From Candidatus Woesearchaeota archaeon (GTDB lineage: Archaea; Nanobdellota; Nanobdellia; CAYMVK01; CAYYFB01), in assembly GCA_964471255.1 (NCBI GenBank), contig CAYYFB010000001.1, positions 110,798 to 174,797 on the forward strand: a stretch of DNA of 64,000 nucleotides, written 5' to 3'. A program made the translations under genes and the position numbers. The notes beneath the pieces are model-generated. The model did not search any database and was not told the origin of the DNA. It saw only the letters and a program-made list of their open reading frames with translations. Of this stretch, positions 30,398 to 39,023 are shown in pieces (positions within the stretch are counted from its first letter, which is position 1; every line of letters starts with the position of its first letter).

Positions 30398-31579
30398 ATG
30401 GGAATAGAATCTAAGGAAAGCATATTTAAAAAGATAGGAATACTTATTCCCCCTTATCTAAAGATAGGGGGAAAAATTAAGGCCGCTCCAGAAGATTTCA
30501 TAGTTAGGGAAGTTATAAATGGAAAAATACTGAACGAAAAAGCGAATCTTTTTTCTTTATTTCTAAATAAATTATTGCTTTCGTGCTCCAGAAAAAAGAG
30601 ATTTCTTTGGTTTACTCTCGTAAAAAGAGATATCGGAACTTTGGAGGTAGCTGGGCTGCTCCAGAAAAGAGGGATAAAAAAGGTTTGGTTTTGTGGCCTT
30701 AAAGACAAAAAGGCCGTTGTTGCTCAGAAACTTTGTATTTATTCAAAAGATAAAAATAAGCTTTTCAAAATAAAATCAAAAAAATTCTTTTTTAAAGACT
30801 TTGAATATAAGGATAAAAGAGTCCGGCTTGGAAGTAATGACGGAAATTATTTTATTATAAGGATAAGGGATGTTTCTGCCCTGGAGCAGGCAGATAAAAT
30901 AGATCAAATTAAAGATAGAATTCCGAATTTCTTTGGACCCCAAAGGTTTGGATCGATAAAATTGAACAACCATTTGATTGGGAAAGCCATAATTAAAAGG
31001 GAGTGGGAAAGGGCTTGTTTTGAAATTTTAAGATCTGGAGTGCGAGGGATAGATGAAAAACTAAGAAAAAAATGGGGGGACTGGAGCGGGATAAGAGAAA
31101 TTATTCCCAAGTTTAGAAGAGGCGCTCCAGAATGGTTATTAATAAATAATCTTTGTTCCGGCTCCAGTTTTGAAGATGCTGTGCTCCAGCTTCCTAAAGA
31201 ATTCTTAAGACTATGGATAGATGCCTATCAGTCCTATCTCTTTAATTTAACCTTATCTGAGATTATAAAAAGGAATATTGAAGCAAAAAGGGTACCTTTA
31301 GTTGCTTACAATTTAAAATTGGAAAAATGGGGAGAAATAGGGAAAATAATAAGTCAGATTATGAAAAGGGAATCCCTTAGTCTCTTGGATTTAAAGATAA
31401 GGAAAAAATTAAGACCAAAGGTAAGGTTAAGAAAGGTTTATATGGGAATAGAAGATCTAAAAATAAAAAGAGAAAAAAGGGACCTAATTTTGGAATTCTT
31501 TCTGGAGCGGGGCTCATATGCTACTGTTTTTTTATATTTCGTTGGAGTCCCTCCAGAGCATTTAGCCTATAACTTTTAA
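30398..31579 (+). CDS. truD: tRNA pseudouridine synthase TruD/Pus7 family
   Basis: 'AAPEDFIVREV' N-terminal motif. Catalytic 'GLKDKKAV'. 'NFFGPQRFG' motif. Confidence 0.7.
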   Translation: MGIESKESIFKKIGILIPPYLKIGGKIKAAPEDFIVREVINGKILNEKANLFSLFLNKLLLSCSRKKRFLWFTLVKRDIGTLEVAGLLQKRGIKKVWFCGLKDKKAVVAQKLCIYSKDKNKLFKIKSKKFFFKDFEYKDKRVRLGSNDGNYFIIRIRDVSALEQADKIDQIKDRIPNFFGPQRFGSIKLNNHLIGKAIIKREWERACFEILRSGVRGIDEKLRKKWGDWSGIREIIPKFRRGAPEWLLINNLCSGSSFEDAVLQLPKEFLRLWIDAYQSYLFNLTLSEIIKRNIEAKRVPLVAYNLKLEKWGEIGKIISQIMKRESLSLLDLKIRKKLRPKVRLRKVYMGIEDLKIKREKRDLILEFFLERGSYATVFLYFVGVPPEHLAYNF

Positions 31580-31617
31580 AGATTAAAGAGGAACTACCAC
31601 TTACTTAACCATTATGC

Positions 31618-31691
31618 GGGCCCGTAGTTTAGCTTGGTAGAACACCGGCCTTGGGAGCCGGAGGTCCGGGGTTCGAATCCCCGCGGGCCCA
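31618..31691 (+). tRNA. tRNA-Pro(UGG)
   Basis: GGGCCCG acceptor. Anticodon stem CCGGC/GCCGG with loop CUUGGGA. T-arm CGGGGTTCGAATCCCCG. Confidence 0.85.
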
Positions 31692-31835
31692 GGGAGTTAA
31701 AGCCAAAACCCCTTTCAAAGTGCATGTTTACGTATTTAAACACAACTAGAGTCTGAAAAAACCATAATTTACAGTTTAACGTTCTCAATTAACGATAATG
31801 GATTATATTAATGCTCGTAATTTCCATCTTCAATT

Positions 31836-32723
31836 ATGGGTGTCGGTGAAAAAGTTTTTAAAGTTCTAAAAAGAGTTGGAGAAGCAACAAGAAAGGCTGT
31901 TGATAAGATAAAGAAGGAACTTGCTTATCAAAATGAGATTTCAAAGACAAAACGTGCCCTTCTCGAAAGATTTAATTTAAAACAACTAAGACAGATCGCT
32001 AAAGAAGAAGGGCTTCCTCTTTCTTATGAAGACCCTTTTACTGGTGAAAAGATAAGATACTCAACAAAAGGGAGCATAGTTGGATTGCTTATGAAGAATC
32101 TAAGGCTTGATGATGTTACCTATTATGCCCAAAAATTTAAAGTGAAGTATATTGACCTCCTAAATTATCTCGAAAGGAGAAAAAAGGAGATATTTGGAGA
32201 AGAAGCCGTTCACGTCGAAGAAAAATTACGAGAAGCACCGCCTATGAAAGGTCTAAAAAGACATCGAAGAAAGAAAAAAGACAAGCTTTTTGAAAAAATT
32301 GTTAGAATTCTTAAGAAATTTGATGATACAGAAAAGCTTAGAGATGAAGATGACTTGCGAACACGATTGAAAAATCGATTGATAGGAAAACTTGGAAAAA
32401 AAGCCACCATTATTGAAAATTACTCCTTAAAAAAGATAAACCGAAAAATAGATCTTGTAATTGAGCAAGACAATAAATTGGTAGCTGTAGAATTAAAAAT
32501 AGCGAAGAGCGGCCAATATCTGTCTTATCTATCCTGGGAGGTTGAAACAGTAAGAGAGAACCTAACAAAGAATGTTATAGCCCTCATTATTGACATAGGG
32601 AAAAACATCGATTTAGATTACTTTAAAAAATCAATAGAGAAGAAAGGAGCTAGAGTTATAATATTAAAAGGTTCTTTGAGGAAATCTAAGAGGAGGAAAA
32701 GAGTTGCTATTATTAAAATATAA
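31836..32723 (+). CDS. Lys-rich hypothetical protein with C-terminal PD-(D/E)xK-like motif
   Basis: 295 aa. '..IDLVIEQDNKLVAVELK..' resembles a restriction-endonuclease-fold D..E.K core. Basic N-terminal half. Confidence 0.35.
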   Translation: MGVGEKVFKVLKRVGEATRKAVDKIKKELAYQNEISKTKRALLERFNLKQLRQIAKEEGLPLSYEDPFTGEKIRYSTKGSIVGLLMKNLRLDDVTYYAQKFKVKYIDLLNYLERRKKEIFGEEAVHVEEKLREAPPMKGLKRHRRKKKDKLFEKIVRILKKFDDTEKLRDEDDLRTRLKNRLIGKLGKKATIIENYSLKKINRKIDLVIEQDNKLVAVELKIAKSGQYLSYLSWEVETVRENLTKNVIALIIDIGKNIDLDYFKKSIEKKGARVIILKGSLRKSKRRKRVAIIKI

Positions 32724-32886
32724 CGAATAATATGAATAGTTGCTTTAGATTGCAAGTAAGAAATTAACTAAGAAATTAGCTCCAAGCCAATTCTTCCGAT
32801 CAGAGTACATCATTAAAAATTTCGTAGAAAAATAAGGGCTCCTCAAAAATAGACTGCACGATTGAATACACAAAGTTCTTAAATTC

Positions 32887-33180
32887 TTAGATCAGACTTA
32901 CCCTCTCAACCTCCACAGAACTTATTCCCTCAACTTTTAACTTTTCTTCTTCTTTTTCACTCCAACCCAACTCCTCCTCTCTGGCAATAATCATTTTTAT
33001 TGCATAAATCCCAAAAGCTATTGGTTCTTCCTTTATCTGGATTACTTCAGCATTTATTTCTCTACATGCATCCTTTAGTCTTTCCTTTATCTCCTCTAGG
33101 TCAGCATTAGGCTCTGCAGTTGTAAGTCTTAACCAGATACCCACTTTCCCCATACTATAACTAAGCAATAAATTTACCAA
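32887..33180 (-). CDS. translation elongation factor aEF-1 beta
   Basis: '..ADLEEIKERLKDA..EEPIAFGIYAIKMIIAREEELGWSEKEEEKLKVEGISSVEV' matches the archaeal EF-1beta fold. Likely start is MGKV at 33153. Confidence 0.7.
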   Translation of the reverse strand: MVNLLLSYSMGKVGIWLRLTTAEPNADLEEIKERLKDACREINAEVIQIKEEPIAFGIYAIKMIIAREEELGWSEKEEEKLKVEGISSVEVERVSLI

Positions 33181-33742
33181 GCCTAACTAGGACAAAAACA
33201 ATTAGACTTGCTGAGGCCATTTTAATTCCGAATAGGAGCCAATTTTCCCTTGAAATTCTCCCAAGATATGCACCAAGGATGAAAAGCAAAATGGTCCCAA
33301 AAATATAAGATACTATCAATAAAAAAATTGGCTTAGTTTGAAAAAGAAAGAAAGAAAAGAGAGGAATAACACAAATAATTGAAAAGAGAAGAGGTGAAAA
33401 TCCATCTACTATTCCTGCTGTTATAGAGGCGTATTTTAACCTTTCCTCAAGCTTAGTATTTGAAAGGTTTGTAAACAATGCCCTTTCAAGTTCTTTTAAT
33501 TCTCTTTTTCTCTCAGCGAGCTCCACGAGAACAGCTCCCCAAAATCCAGAGATCCCCATGGCCACTCCAGCTGAAAACACAGTAAAAATTATATTTGGAA
33601 TGTTTTCTGATCTAGATAAGATTGCAGCTAGCAAGATTCCCAAAGTAGTGAGGATACCATCGAATCCATTCATTACAAAATATCTCCTTAAAATTGGAGA
33701 CTCCTTTATAGTTTTAAAGTACAGTGCTATTTTTTTAATCAT
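33161..33742 (-). CDS. VIT1/CCC1-family membrane protein
   Basis: 193 aa. 'GFDGILTTLGILLAAIL', a central coiled linker, then C-terminal TM helices. Confidence 0.45.
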   Translation of the reverse strand: MIKKIALYFKTIKESPILRRYFVMNGFDGILTTLGILLAAILSRSENIPNIIFTVFSAGVAMGISGFWGAVLVELAERKRELKELERALFTNLSNTKLEERLKYASITAGIVDGFSPLLFSIICVIPLFSFFLFQTKPIFLLIVSYIFGTILLFILGAYLGRISRENWLLFGIKMASASLIVFVLVRLGKFIA

Positions 33743-33990
33743 TTTGTTACTGTAACTCCATCAATTGATCTTATTATACCTCCTAACTTTCTAATCTTTT
33801 CTTCTATTTTATTTAAATCCAAATTGTTTCCTTTTATTCTAAGTTTTGCTGTTTCAATTTTTATATCCATCTCAACAACTTCTATTTTTACTTCCTCAAC
33901 CCCATCGATTTCTGTAAGTACTTTCGCAAACTCGATGATATTGGGGGTATGAGGTTTTGCAATATCAAGTAGTATCTCACTTACACTCAA
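33739..33990 (-). CDS. small conserved archaeal protein (DUF211-like)
   Basis: 83 aa. 'LLDIAKPHTPNIIEFAKVLTEIDGVEEVKIEVVEMDIKIE..' pattern. Translationally coupled to the VIT1-like gene. Confidence 0.4.
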   Translation of the reverse strand: MSVSEILLDIAKPHTPNIIEFAKVLTEIDGVEEVKIEVVEMDIKIETAKLRIKGNNLDLNKIEEKIRKLGGIIRSIDGVTVTK

Positions 33991-34072
33991 GGCGATCCAC
34001 GGAGAGAATAGATTAACCCTTGTTTAAGAATTTTTCTATTCCTTAAGAAAGTGTATTGGGAAAAATAAAAAT

Positions 34073-35122
34073 ATGAAAATAGGAATGATGTCAGCTTGGA
34101 ATACAGATTCTGGAGTATCAATCCATGCTGAGCTTATTGGAAGGGAATGGATTAAAGATGGGCATACCCTTTTCGTGTTTTCTCACATAAAAGAGGATTT
34201 CCACGGAGATGGGTTTACTAGAAAGAAAGATGAAGAATTTGTAATTAGGTGTTTTGGTAAACCTCATGTAACAAACTTCTTTGATCCAAGACCAATTTTA
34301 AAGAACAAATATGATGTTTTTATTGTTCAAGACCTGCGCCAGATCCCTTATTTGAAGCTTGCCCATATACTCCCCATTTTAAAAAGAAAGTCAAAAATAA
34401 CTGCCCATATTGTCCATGAGAATCATTTACCAGAAGAAAGTTGGTTTTACATGCATGATTGGGACTTAGTAATCTATTTTGATAAAAGACAAGCATTTCT
34501 TAAAGAAATCTATGAAGACAAGGCTCATTATATCCCCTTTCCTTGTGCACCTTTGCGAAATATAGACAAAGAAGAGGCTAGAGAAGAATTAAAACTACCA
34601 AAAGAGAAAAAGATATTCCTAATTTTTGCCCAGAGAGGATATAAACCCTATTTTCCGGAAATACCTGACAAGATAAAGAAAGATCTTATCTTTATCTTGT
34701 TAATAAGGAAAGGAATGCTAGGTGAACTGGTCGAAAGTTATTCTAAATCTCCTCATATACTTATTAGAGAAGAGGAAACTCTAAGTTGGGAAAGATTAGA
34801 TTTGTATGCTGGAGCAAGCGATGGAATTGTATTGCATAAATTTAAAAGTAGAGGCTACGCGCTAATTTCAACAACAGCAGCCCAACTAATTGGAGCACAA
34901 CGACCAATCTTAGTTCCAAAACACTCTGACTTCTTCAATTTCTTTAAGGGAGGCGTCCTAGAGTATGGAGATTATACTGAATTGGGAATTTGGCTATCAA
35001 AAATAGTGGAAGATGATGAAGAAGTTAGGCAAACATTAAGAAGAGCAAGAAAAATTGTAGAGAAAAATTCCTCTGAAAAAATAGCCAAAGAATATATAAA
35101 CCTGTTTGAAAAGTTTCTATAA
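34073..35122 (+). CDS. putative glycosyltransferase (GT4-like)
   Basis: 349 aa. N-terminal 'KIGMMSAWNTDSGVSIHAE'. C-terminal '..GYALISTTAAQLIGAQRPILVP' resembles the GT-B E..G..EAma.G.Pv region. Confidence 0.35.
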   Translation: MKIGMMSAWNTDSGVSIHAELIGREWIKDGHTLFVFSHIKEDFHGDGFTRKKDEEFVIRCFGKPHVTNFFDPRPILKNKYDVFIVQDLRQIPYLKLAHILPILKRKSKITAHIVHENHLPEESWFYMHDWDLVIYFDKRQAFLKEIYEDKAHYIPFPCAPLRNIDKEEAREELKLPKEKKIFLIFAQRGYKPYFPEIPDKIKKDLIFILLIRKGMLGELVESYSKSPHILIREEETLSWERLDLYAGASDGIVLHKFKSRGYALISTTAAQLIGAQRPILVPKHSDFFNFFKGGVLEYGDYTELGIWLSKIVEDDEEVRQTLRRARKIVEKNSSEKIAKEYINLFEKFL

Positions 35123-35173
35123 TAAATGGCTATAGAGAAGCGGCAAAAATTTTCTTTGGGTTAGCAGTTTTCC

Positions 35174-35245
35174 TGCGGCCGCCGGGATTCGAACCCGGGA
35201 CCTCTGGCTTGGGAGGCCAGCGTCCTACCACTAGACTACGGCCGC
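35174..35245 (-). tRNA. tRNA-Gly(CCC)
   Basis: Reverse complement reads GCGGCCG UA GUCU AGUGGUAGGAC G CUGGC CUCCCAA GCCAG .. CCCGGGTTCGAATCCCGG CGGCCGC. Confidence 0.85.
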
Positions 35246-36015
35246 ATAAATACTTCTTGTATAAACCCAAGATTTAGATCTAATAGATAAATTAAAAAGG
35301 CCAAAAGCAATGAAGGTATAAAAGGCATCCCCCATTTTATTTTGATTTTGTTTTTTATTCCAAAACTTTTAATTTTTTTCACCTCTAAGAGAGTTAAGCT
35401 CCTCCCTGGATTCTTAAAGACTATTTTATTACCTATTTTTATATCTTCTACAAGTATGTCCCCCTCTTGCAATTCCTCTGGAAGAATTTCTCTAACTTCT
35501 ACCAGCTTATCTTTATAAGGAAAGATTGAAAAATAGAGGGAAATCAAGAAAAGCAAAAAAGACAGCCTAATTGAATGAGTTAAGAAGGTTATAAGAGAAA
35601 AAAAGAGTAGAATAAAAGGAAAAAGATATAACGGTAACTTAATCCCCTTTTTAAGAAGAAGAAAAAAAGCATATGCCAAACAACAAACTGATAGGGAGAA
35701 AAAAAGAGATATACAAAACTCTGGAGCCGCTCCAGTAATGAAAAAAATAGACGATGATATTACTAAATCCCCATCTGCTATTACTCCCTTTAAAAAGAGA
35801 AGAGAAAGAAAAGAGAGGATTAGTATCGTTCTAATTATCTCCTGGAAGCCTTTTAATGAAATTAAAAAGATGGCGCCAGAATATAGAAGGAAAACATAGG
35901 CAAGATAGGAATTTATACTCCTGTCTCTCAGATCTGTATACGAAAAGTAGGAAAGAAAAAGCAAAGGAAGAATCTTCTCTAATAAAATACTAGCAGAAGG
36001 AAAACTAAGGAACAT
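35236..36015 (-). CDS. class-III signal (prepilin/preflagellin) peptidase, A24 family, with C-terminal soluble extension
   Basis: First catalytic Asp in 'SYTDLRDRSI' after TM1. Second in 'GVIADGDLV'. ~6 TM helices. Last 3 codons plus the stop overlap the tRNA-Gly 5' end. Confidence 0.55.
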   Translation of the reverse strand: MFLSFPSASILLEKILPLLFLSYFSYTDLRDRSINSYLAYVFLLYSGAIFLISLKGFQEIIRTILILSFLSLLFLKGVIADGDLVISSSIFFITGAAPEFCISLFFSLSVCCLAYAFFLLLKKGIKLPLYLFPFILLFFSLITFLTHSIRLSFLLFLISLYFSIFPYKDKLVEVREILPEELQEGDILVEDIKIGNKIVFKNPGRSLTLLEVKKIKSFGIKNKIKIKWGMPFIPSLLLAFLIYLLDLNLGFIQEVFMRP

Positions 36016-36236
36016 AGAAAACTCAACCCGACTATTATCCAGAGAAATCTTGGATCATTAGCAAAACCAAAGGGAAAAGGCCCTATAAAGCCTCCAATGC
36101 CATAATATATTTTAGATTGCATTTTTCCCCGCTCCAGAAGAGGCCAAAGAATTAGTGTTAAAATACCTGTTACAATAAGAAGCGCTCCTATAAGAATGAA
36201 GAAAGAAGCTATTCTAATAATACTCTCCATATTCAA
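35979..36236 (-). CDS. small hypothetical membrane protein
   Basis: 85 aa, two TM helices. Confidence 0.3.
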   Translation of the reverse strand: MNMESIIRIASFFILIGALLIVTGILTLILWPLLERGKMQSKIYYGIGGFIGPFPFGFANDPRFLWIIVGLSFLCSLVFLLLVFY

Positions 36237-36792
36237 TGAATTCTTCTTTTATAACTTTTCTCTTTAGGAAATACCCAAACAATACTCCCACAGCAAACCC
36301 AGAGAGATGGGCTATATGTCCAATCTTAGATCCTGGAAACAATAATAAAAGAGTAAGTTCCAGCAGAAAGAAAAAAATACCTGCTGTTCTCATTGTCATT
36401 GGAACAAACCATACAAGAACTATCATATATGGATTCAAAATGGTGGCTATTCCACAAAGAGCAAAGGCAAACCCTGAAGATCCTATTCCCTCCTGTTTAG
36501 GATACATAAGACCAAAAGCGAGGTTTGCTATAACCACTGACGTAACAAAAAGGAGCAAATAGTTTCTTTTCCCTATTTCACTCTCTATCAAAGAACCAAG
36601 GCTCCATATTACTATAGTATTAAAAAGTAGATGAGCGACTGAAGCATGCAAGAAAGCATTTGTTATCCAAACCCACGGATATTTAATGCTTTTATAAAAT
36701 GAAAAGGAAAAATATTCTAACTTCTCTGGAAAAAACAATTCCAAAAGGAAAGAGAGAAACATTAGTGATATTAGTGCTTCTGTTATTCTCAT
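36214..36792 (-). CDS. rhomboid-family intramembrane serine protease
   Basis: 'ASVAHLLFNTIVIWSLG', catalytic 'GSSGFAFALCG' and 'HIAHLSGFAVG'. Confidence 0.8.
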   Translation of the reverse strand: MRITEALISLMFLSFLLELFFPEKLEYFSFSFYKSIKYPWVWITNAFLHASVAHLLFNTIVIWSLGSLIESEIGKRNYLLLFVTSVVIANLAFGLMYPKQEGIGSSGFAFALCGIATILNPYMIVLVWFVPMTMRTAGIFFFLLELTLLLLFPGSKIGHIAHLSGFAVGVLFGYFLKRKVIKEEFIEYGEYY

Positions 36793-36851
36793 AAAGTAAA
36801 AAGTTCTGCCACTAATATAGTCTTAATCTAGACCCTTTACCAAGGATATTT

Positions 36852-37286
36852 ATGAGAGGAGTCTCTCCAGTTGTTGCAACCATCCTCCTACTAGTAATGG
36901 TAGTAGCAATTACCGCTGGTGTATTCTATTTCTTTAGGACAGTAGTAGGAACAGCTGCTGGTAAAGGGACCGTCGCAACTACAACAGCGATAACTCAGGC
37001 CGAAGTACAGGCAAATGTAAGAATCGTAAATTGGTTTGAGGATACTGCTTCCGGAAATCTCTCCCTTGAAATCCTTAATAATTTAGATAAAACCATAACC
37101 ATCAAGAGAGTAACTGTTGACGGCTCTACAAAGACTCTCACCACGGACAATACCATCAACTCGGGAGATGTTAAAGCAATTATTACAAATTACAAGTACA
37201 CAGATGTAAAAAAAGGAGAAACAAAAGTTGTGATCTATCTTACTTATGACAATAAGCTCTATGCTGTAGAATCAATCCTCGGTTAA
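36852..37286 (+). CDS. archaeal type IV pilin/flagellin-like protein
   Basis: 'MRG|VSPVVATILLLVMVVAITAGVFYFF' class-III signal. Thr-rich beta domain. Confidence 0.75.
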   Translation: MRGVSPVVATILLLVMVVAITAGVFYFFRTVVGTAAGKGTVATTTAITQAEVQANVRIVNWFEDTASGNLSLEILNNLDKTITIKRVTVDGSTKTLTTDNTINSGDVKAIITNYKYTDVKKGETKVVIYLTYDNKLYAVESILG

Positions 37287-37502
37287 TGAAATAGCCCCAA
37301 CAGGGCAGGCCTCGATAGCTTTTTTTACATTGTCTTTTTTTTCTTCTTCAATCTCCTCCACTTTTACCTCTGATTTCCCTTCTTTTATTTCAAAAACCTC
37401 TGGTACTAAACTAGCACAAAGACCACATCCAATACATTTTTCCTTATCTACATATACCTTAGCCATAGGGTAGATATCCCTATGGAAATTAAGTTTGTTC
37501 AT
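37272..37502 (-). CDS. 4Fe-4S ferredoxin (single cluster)
   Basis: 'CIGCGLCASLVPEVF...ACPVGAI'. Probable start MAKV at 37466. Confidence 0.7.
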   Translation of the reverse strand: MNKLNFHRDIYPMAKVYVDKEKCIGCGLCASLVPEVFEIKEGKSEVKVEEIEEEKKDNVKKAIEACPVGAISLTED

Positions 37503-38672
37503 TTAGCAGACACTCACCTTGGAAGGAGGAATTTTAAATTAAGAGAGCGGGAAGAAGATTTTTATAAGGCTTTTGATAACGCTATTGAAAAAATTATAAA
37601 AGAAAAACCAGATTTTGTAATTCACTCAGGAGATTTGTTTGAAAAAGCTTCACCACCCATCTCAAGCATACTGGTAGCCATGGAGGGATTGAAAAAACTT
37701 AAAGAAAATAATATCCCTCTGTATATAATTCCAGGAAATCATGATTTGTTTCTAAACGAAAGTTTCATTTCGGTTCTTCATACTATTGGTCTATTGATAA
37801 ATCTTACCGCTCCAGAATACTTCCTCAAAGTCGGTGAAAGGTATATAGTTAAAGGAGTTCAGGAAGGAAACTGTGCTATTTTAGGAGTACCTGGAAGGAG
37901 AAGCAGAATAAAAGAATTGTATAATAATCTGATAATAAAGGCCGAAGGAAAAATAAAAATTTTTGTCTTTCATCATATTCTAAAAGAGGTAAATGCGGTT
38001 TCTGGAGATATTCCACTAGAATGGTTACCAAAAGGCATGGATTATTATGCCGGCGGTCATTGGCATTTCCCTTATGAAAATTACAAGTATAGGGTGTTTT
38101 ATCCAGGTTCTTTAGAATATTATGATGTCACTGAAATGAGAGAACCTCACCAAAAAGGTTTTTTCTCCGTTTCCCTTAGTGAAGATCATCTTAAAGTAAA
38201 ATTCATCCCAGTAAAAACTAGGGGAATAAAATATAAAAGAATAATCGTAGATGGCCATTCTCCCGAAGAAATAGAGAAAATTTGCTTAGATTTCTTTAAA
38301 TCTTTGGAAGGATACCAAAATATAGCCATCTTAGAGTTGGAGGGGAGATTAGGAAAAGGATCTAAACGAAACATTAACAAAAGAAAAATTATAGAGTTTG
38401 GTCTCTCTAGAGGATTTCTTCATGTACACATAAATGACTCAAAACTAAAGGACCCCCTACCTTCTAGGAAAATCAGAAAGTTCTCACTACGACCTTTAGA
38501 TGAGCTGGAGCGGGAGTATCTAAAAGAGAGATTTACTGAGGAGGAACTAAAGCTTGCTGAAGAAATATTAAAAACTCTGGGGCAAGAAGTAGGAGGTTTG
38601 GAATTAGAATTCCTAAAAAGAAAACTCATAAAAAGAATAGAAGAAACTTTTTTGTCCAGCGGGCAGAGATAA
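37482..38672 (+). CDS. Mre11/SbcD-like calcineurin-type phosphoesterase (DNA repair nuclease)
   Basis: 'FVHLADTHLG', 'IHSGDLFE', 'IPGNHD', 'FHH', 'GHWH' motifs in Mre11 order. No adjacent Rad50. Confidence 0.6.
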   Translation: MEIKFVHLADTHLGRRNFKLREREEDFYKAFDNAIEKIIKEKPDFVIHSGDLFEKASPPISSILVAMEGLKKLKENNIPLYIIPGNHDLFLNESFISVLHTIGLLINLTAPEYFLKVGERYIVKGVQEGNCAILGVPGRRSRIKELYNNLIIKAEGKIKIFVFHHILKEVNAVSGDIPLEWLPKGMDYYAGGHWHFPYENYKYRVFYPGSLEYYDVTEMREPHQKGFFSVSLSEDHLKVKFIPVKTRGIKYKRIIVDGHSPEEIEKICLDFFKSLEGYQNIAILELEGRLGKGSKRNINKRKIIEFGLSRGFLHVHINDSKLKDPLPSRKIRKFSLRPLDELEREYLKERFTEEELKLAEEILKTLGQEVGGLELEFLKRKLIKRIEETFLSSGQR

Positions 38673-38935
38673 CCCCCCTTCTGTAGGGATTCGTCTAAGC
38701 AGCGTCCGCCTTGCTCCAGTGGGGGCCCCATCTTTCACCCATTCCCTCTATTTCGTCTGTGGGTTATCTCTAGGGAGTTACCTCCCTATTCTCCACTTCA
38801 TTCTCATCAATAGAGGGTGGTCTTCTTTCTGTAGGGGGCCGACCCTTTCGGGTCCCGCCTTTCGGCGGCCACTTCCTTCGGAGGGGGGGTTTCCTCCGCC
38901 CTTAGGCGGTAGCCCCCTCTGCCCGCTGGACAAAA
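38652..38935 (-). ncRNA. rnpB: RNase P RNA (type-A-like, compact)
   Basis: GC-rich island. 16-bp terminal helix (UGUCCAGCGGGCAGAG / CUCUGCCCGCUGGACA). 5' 'GGAGGAAACCCCCCCUCC' (CR-I-like, P4 5' strand). Internal 'ACAGAAAGAAGACCACC', 'GGGUGAAAG', 'CCCCCACUGGAGCAAGGCGG'. 3' 'ACAGAAGGGGGGUUAUC' (CR-V-like, P4 3' strand). Confidence 0.6.
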
Positions 38936-38996
38936 TTTCTGGACCTTTTGGGTAATATAAGCCTTAGGATAAATTATATAAAAAAGATGCTTCTCA

Positions 38997-39004
38997 CTAT
39001 ATAA
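38997..39004 (+). promoter_or_regulatory. TATA box (TATATAAA) ~20-27 nt upstream of ileS start
   Basis: 'cactatataaatgacctgtaaaatatagcATG'. Spacing fits a leaderless archaeal transcript. Confidence 0.35.
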
Positions 39005-39023
39005 ATGACCTGTAAAATATAGC

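Noticed and set aside
38652-38935. Alternative reading as SRP (7S) RNA
   Set aside because: SRP RNA also has paired termini, but ACAGAA..GGGGGG/CCCCCC (P4), GGAGCAAGG and AGGAAA fit RNase P conserved regions better. No helix-8 GNAR/AGCA-type motif was seen.
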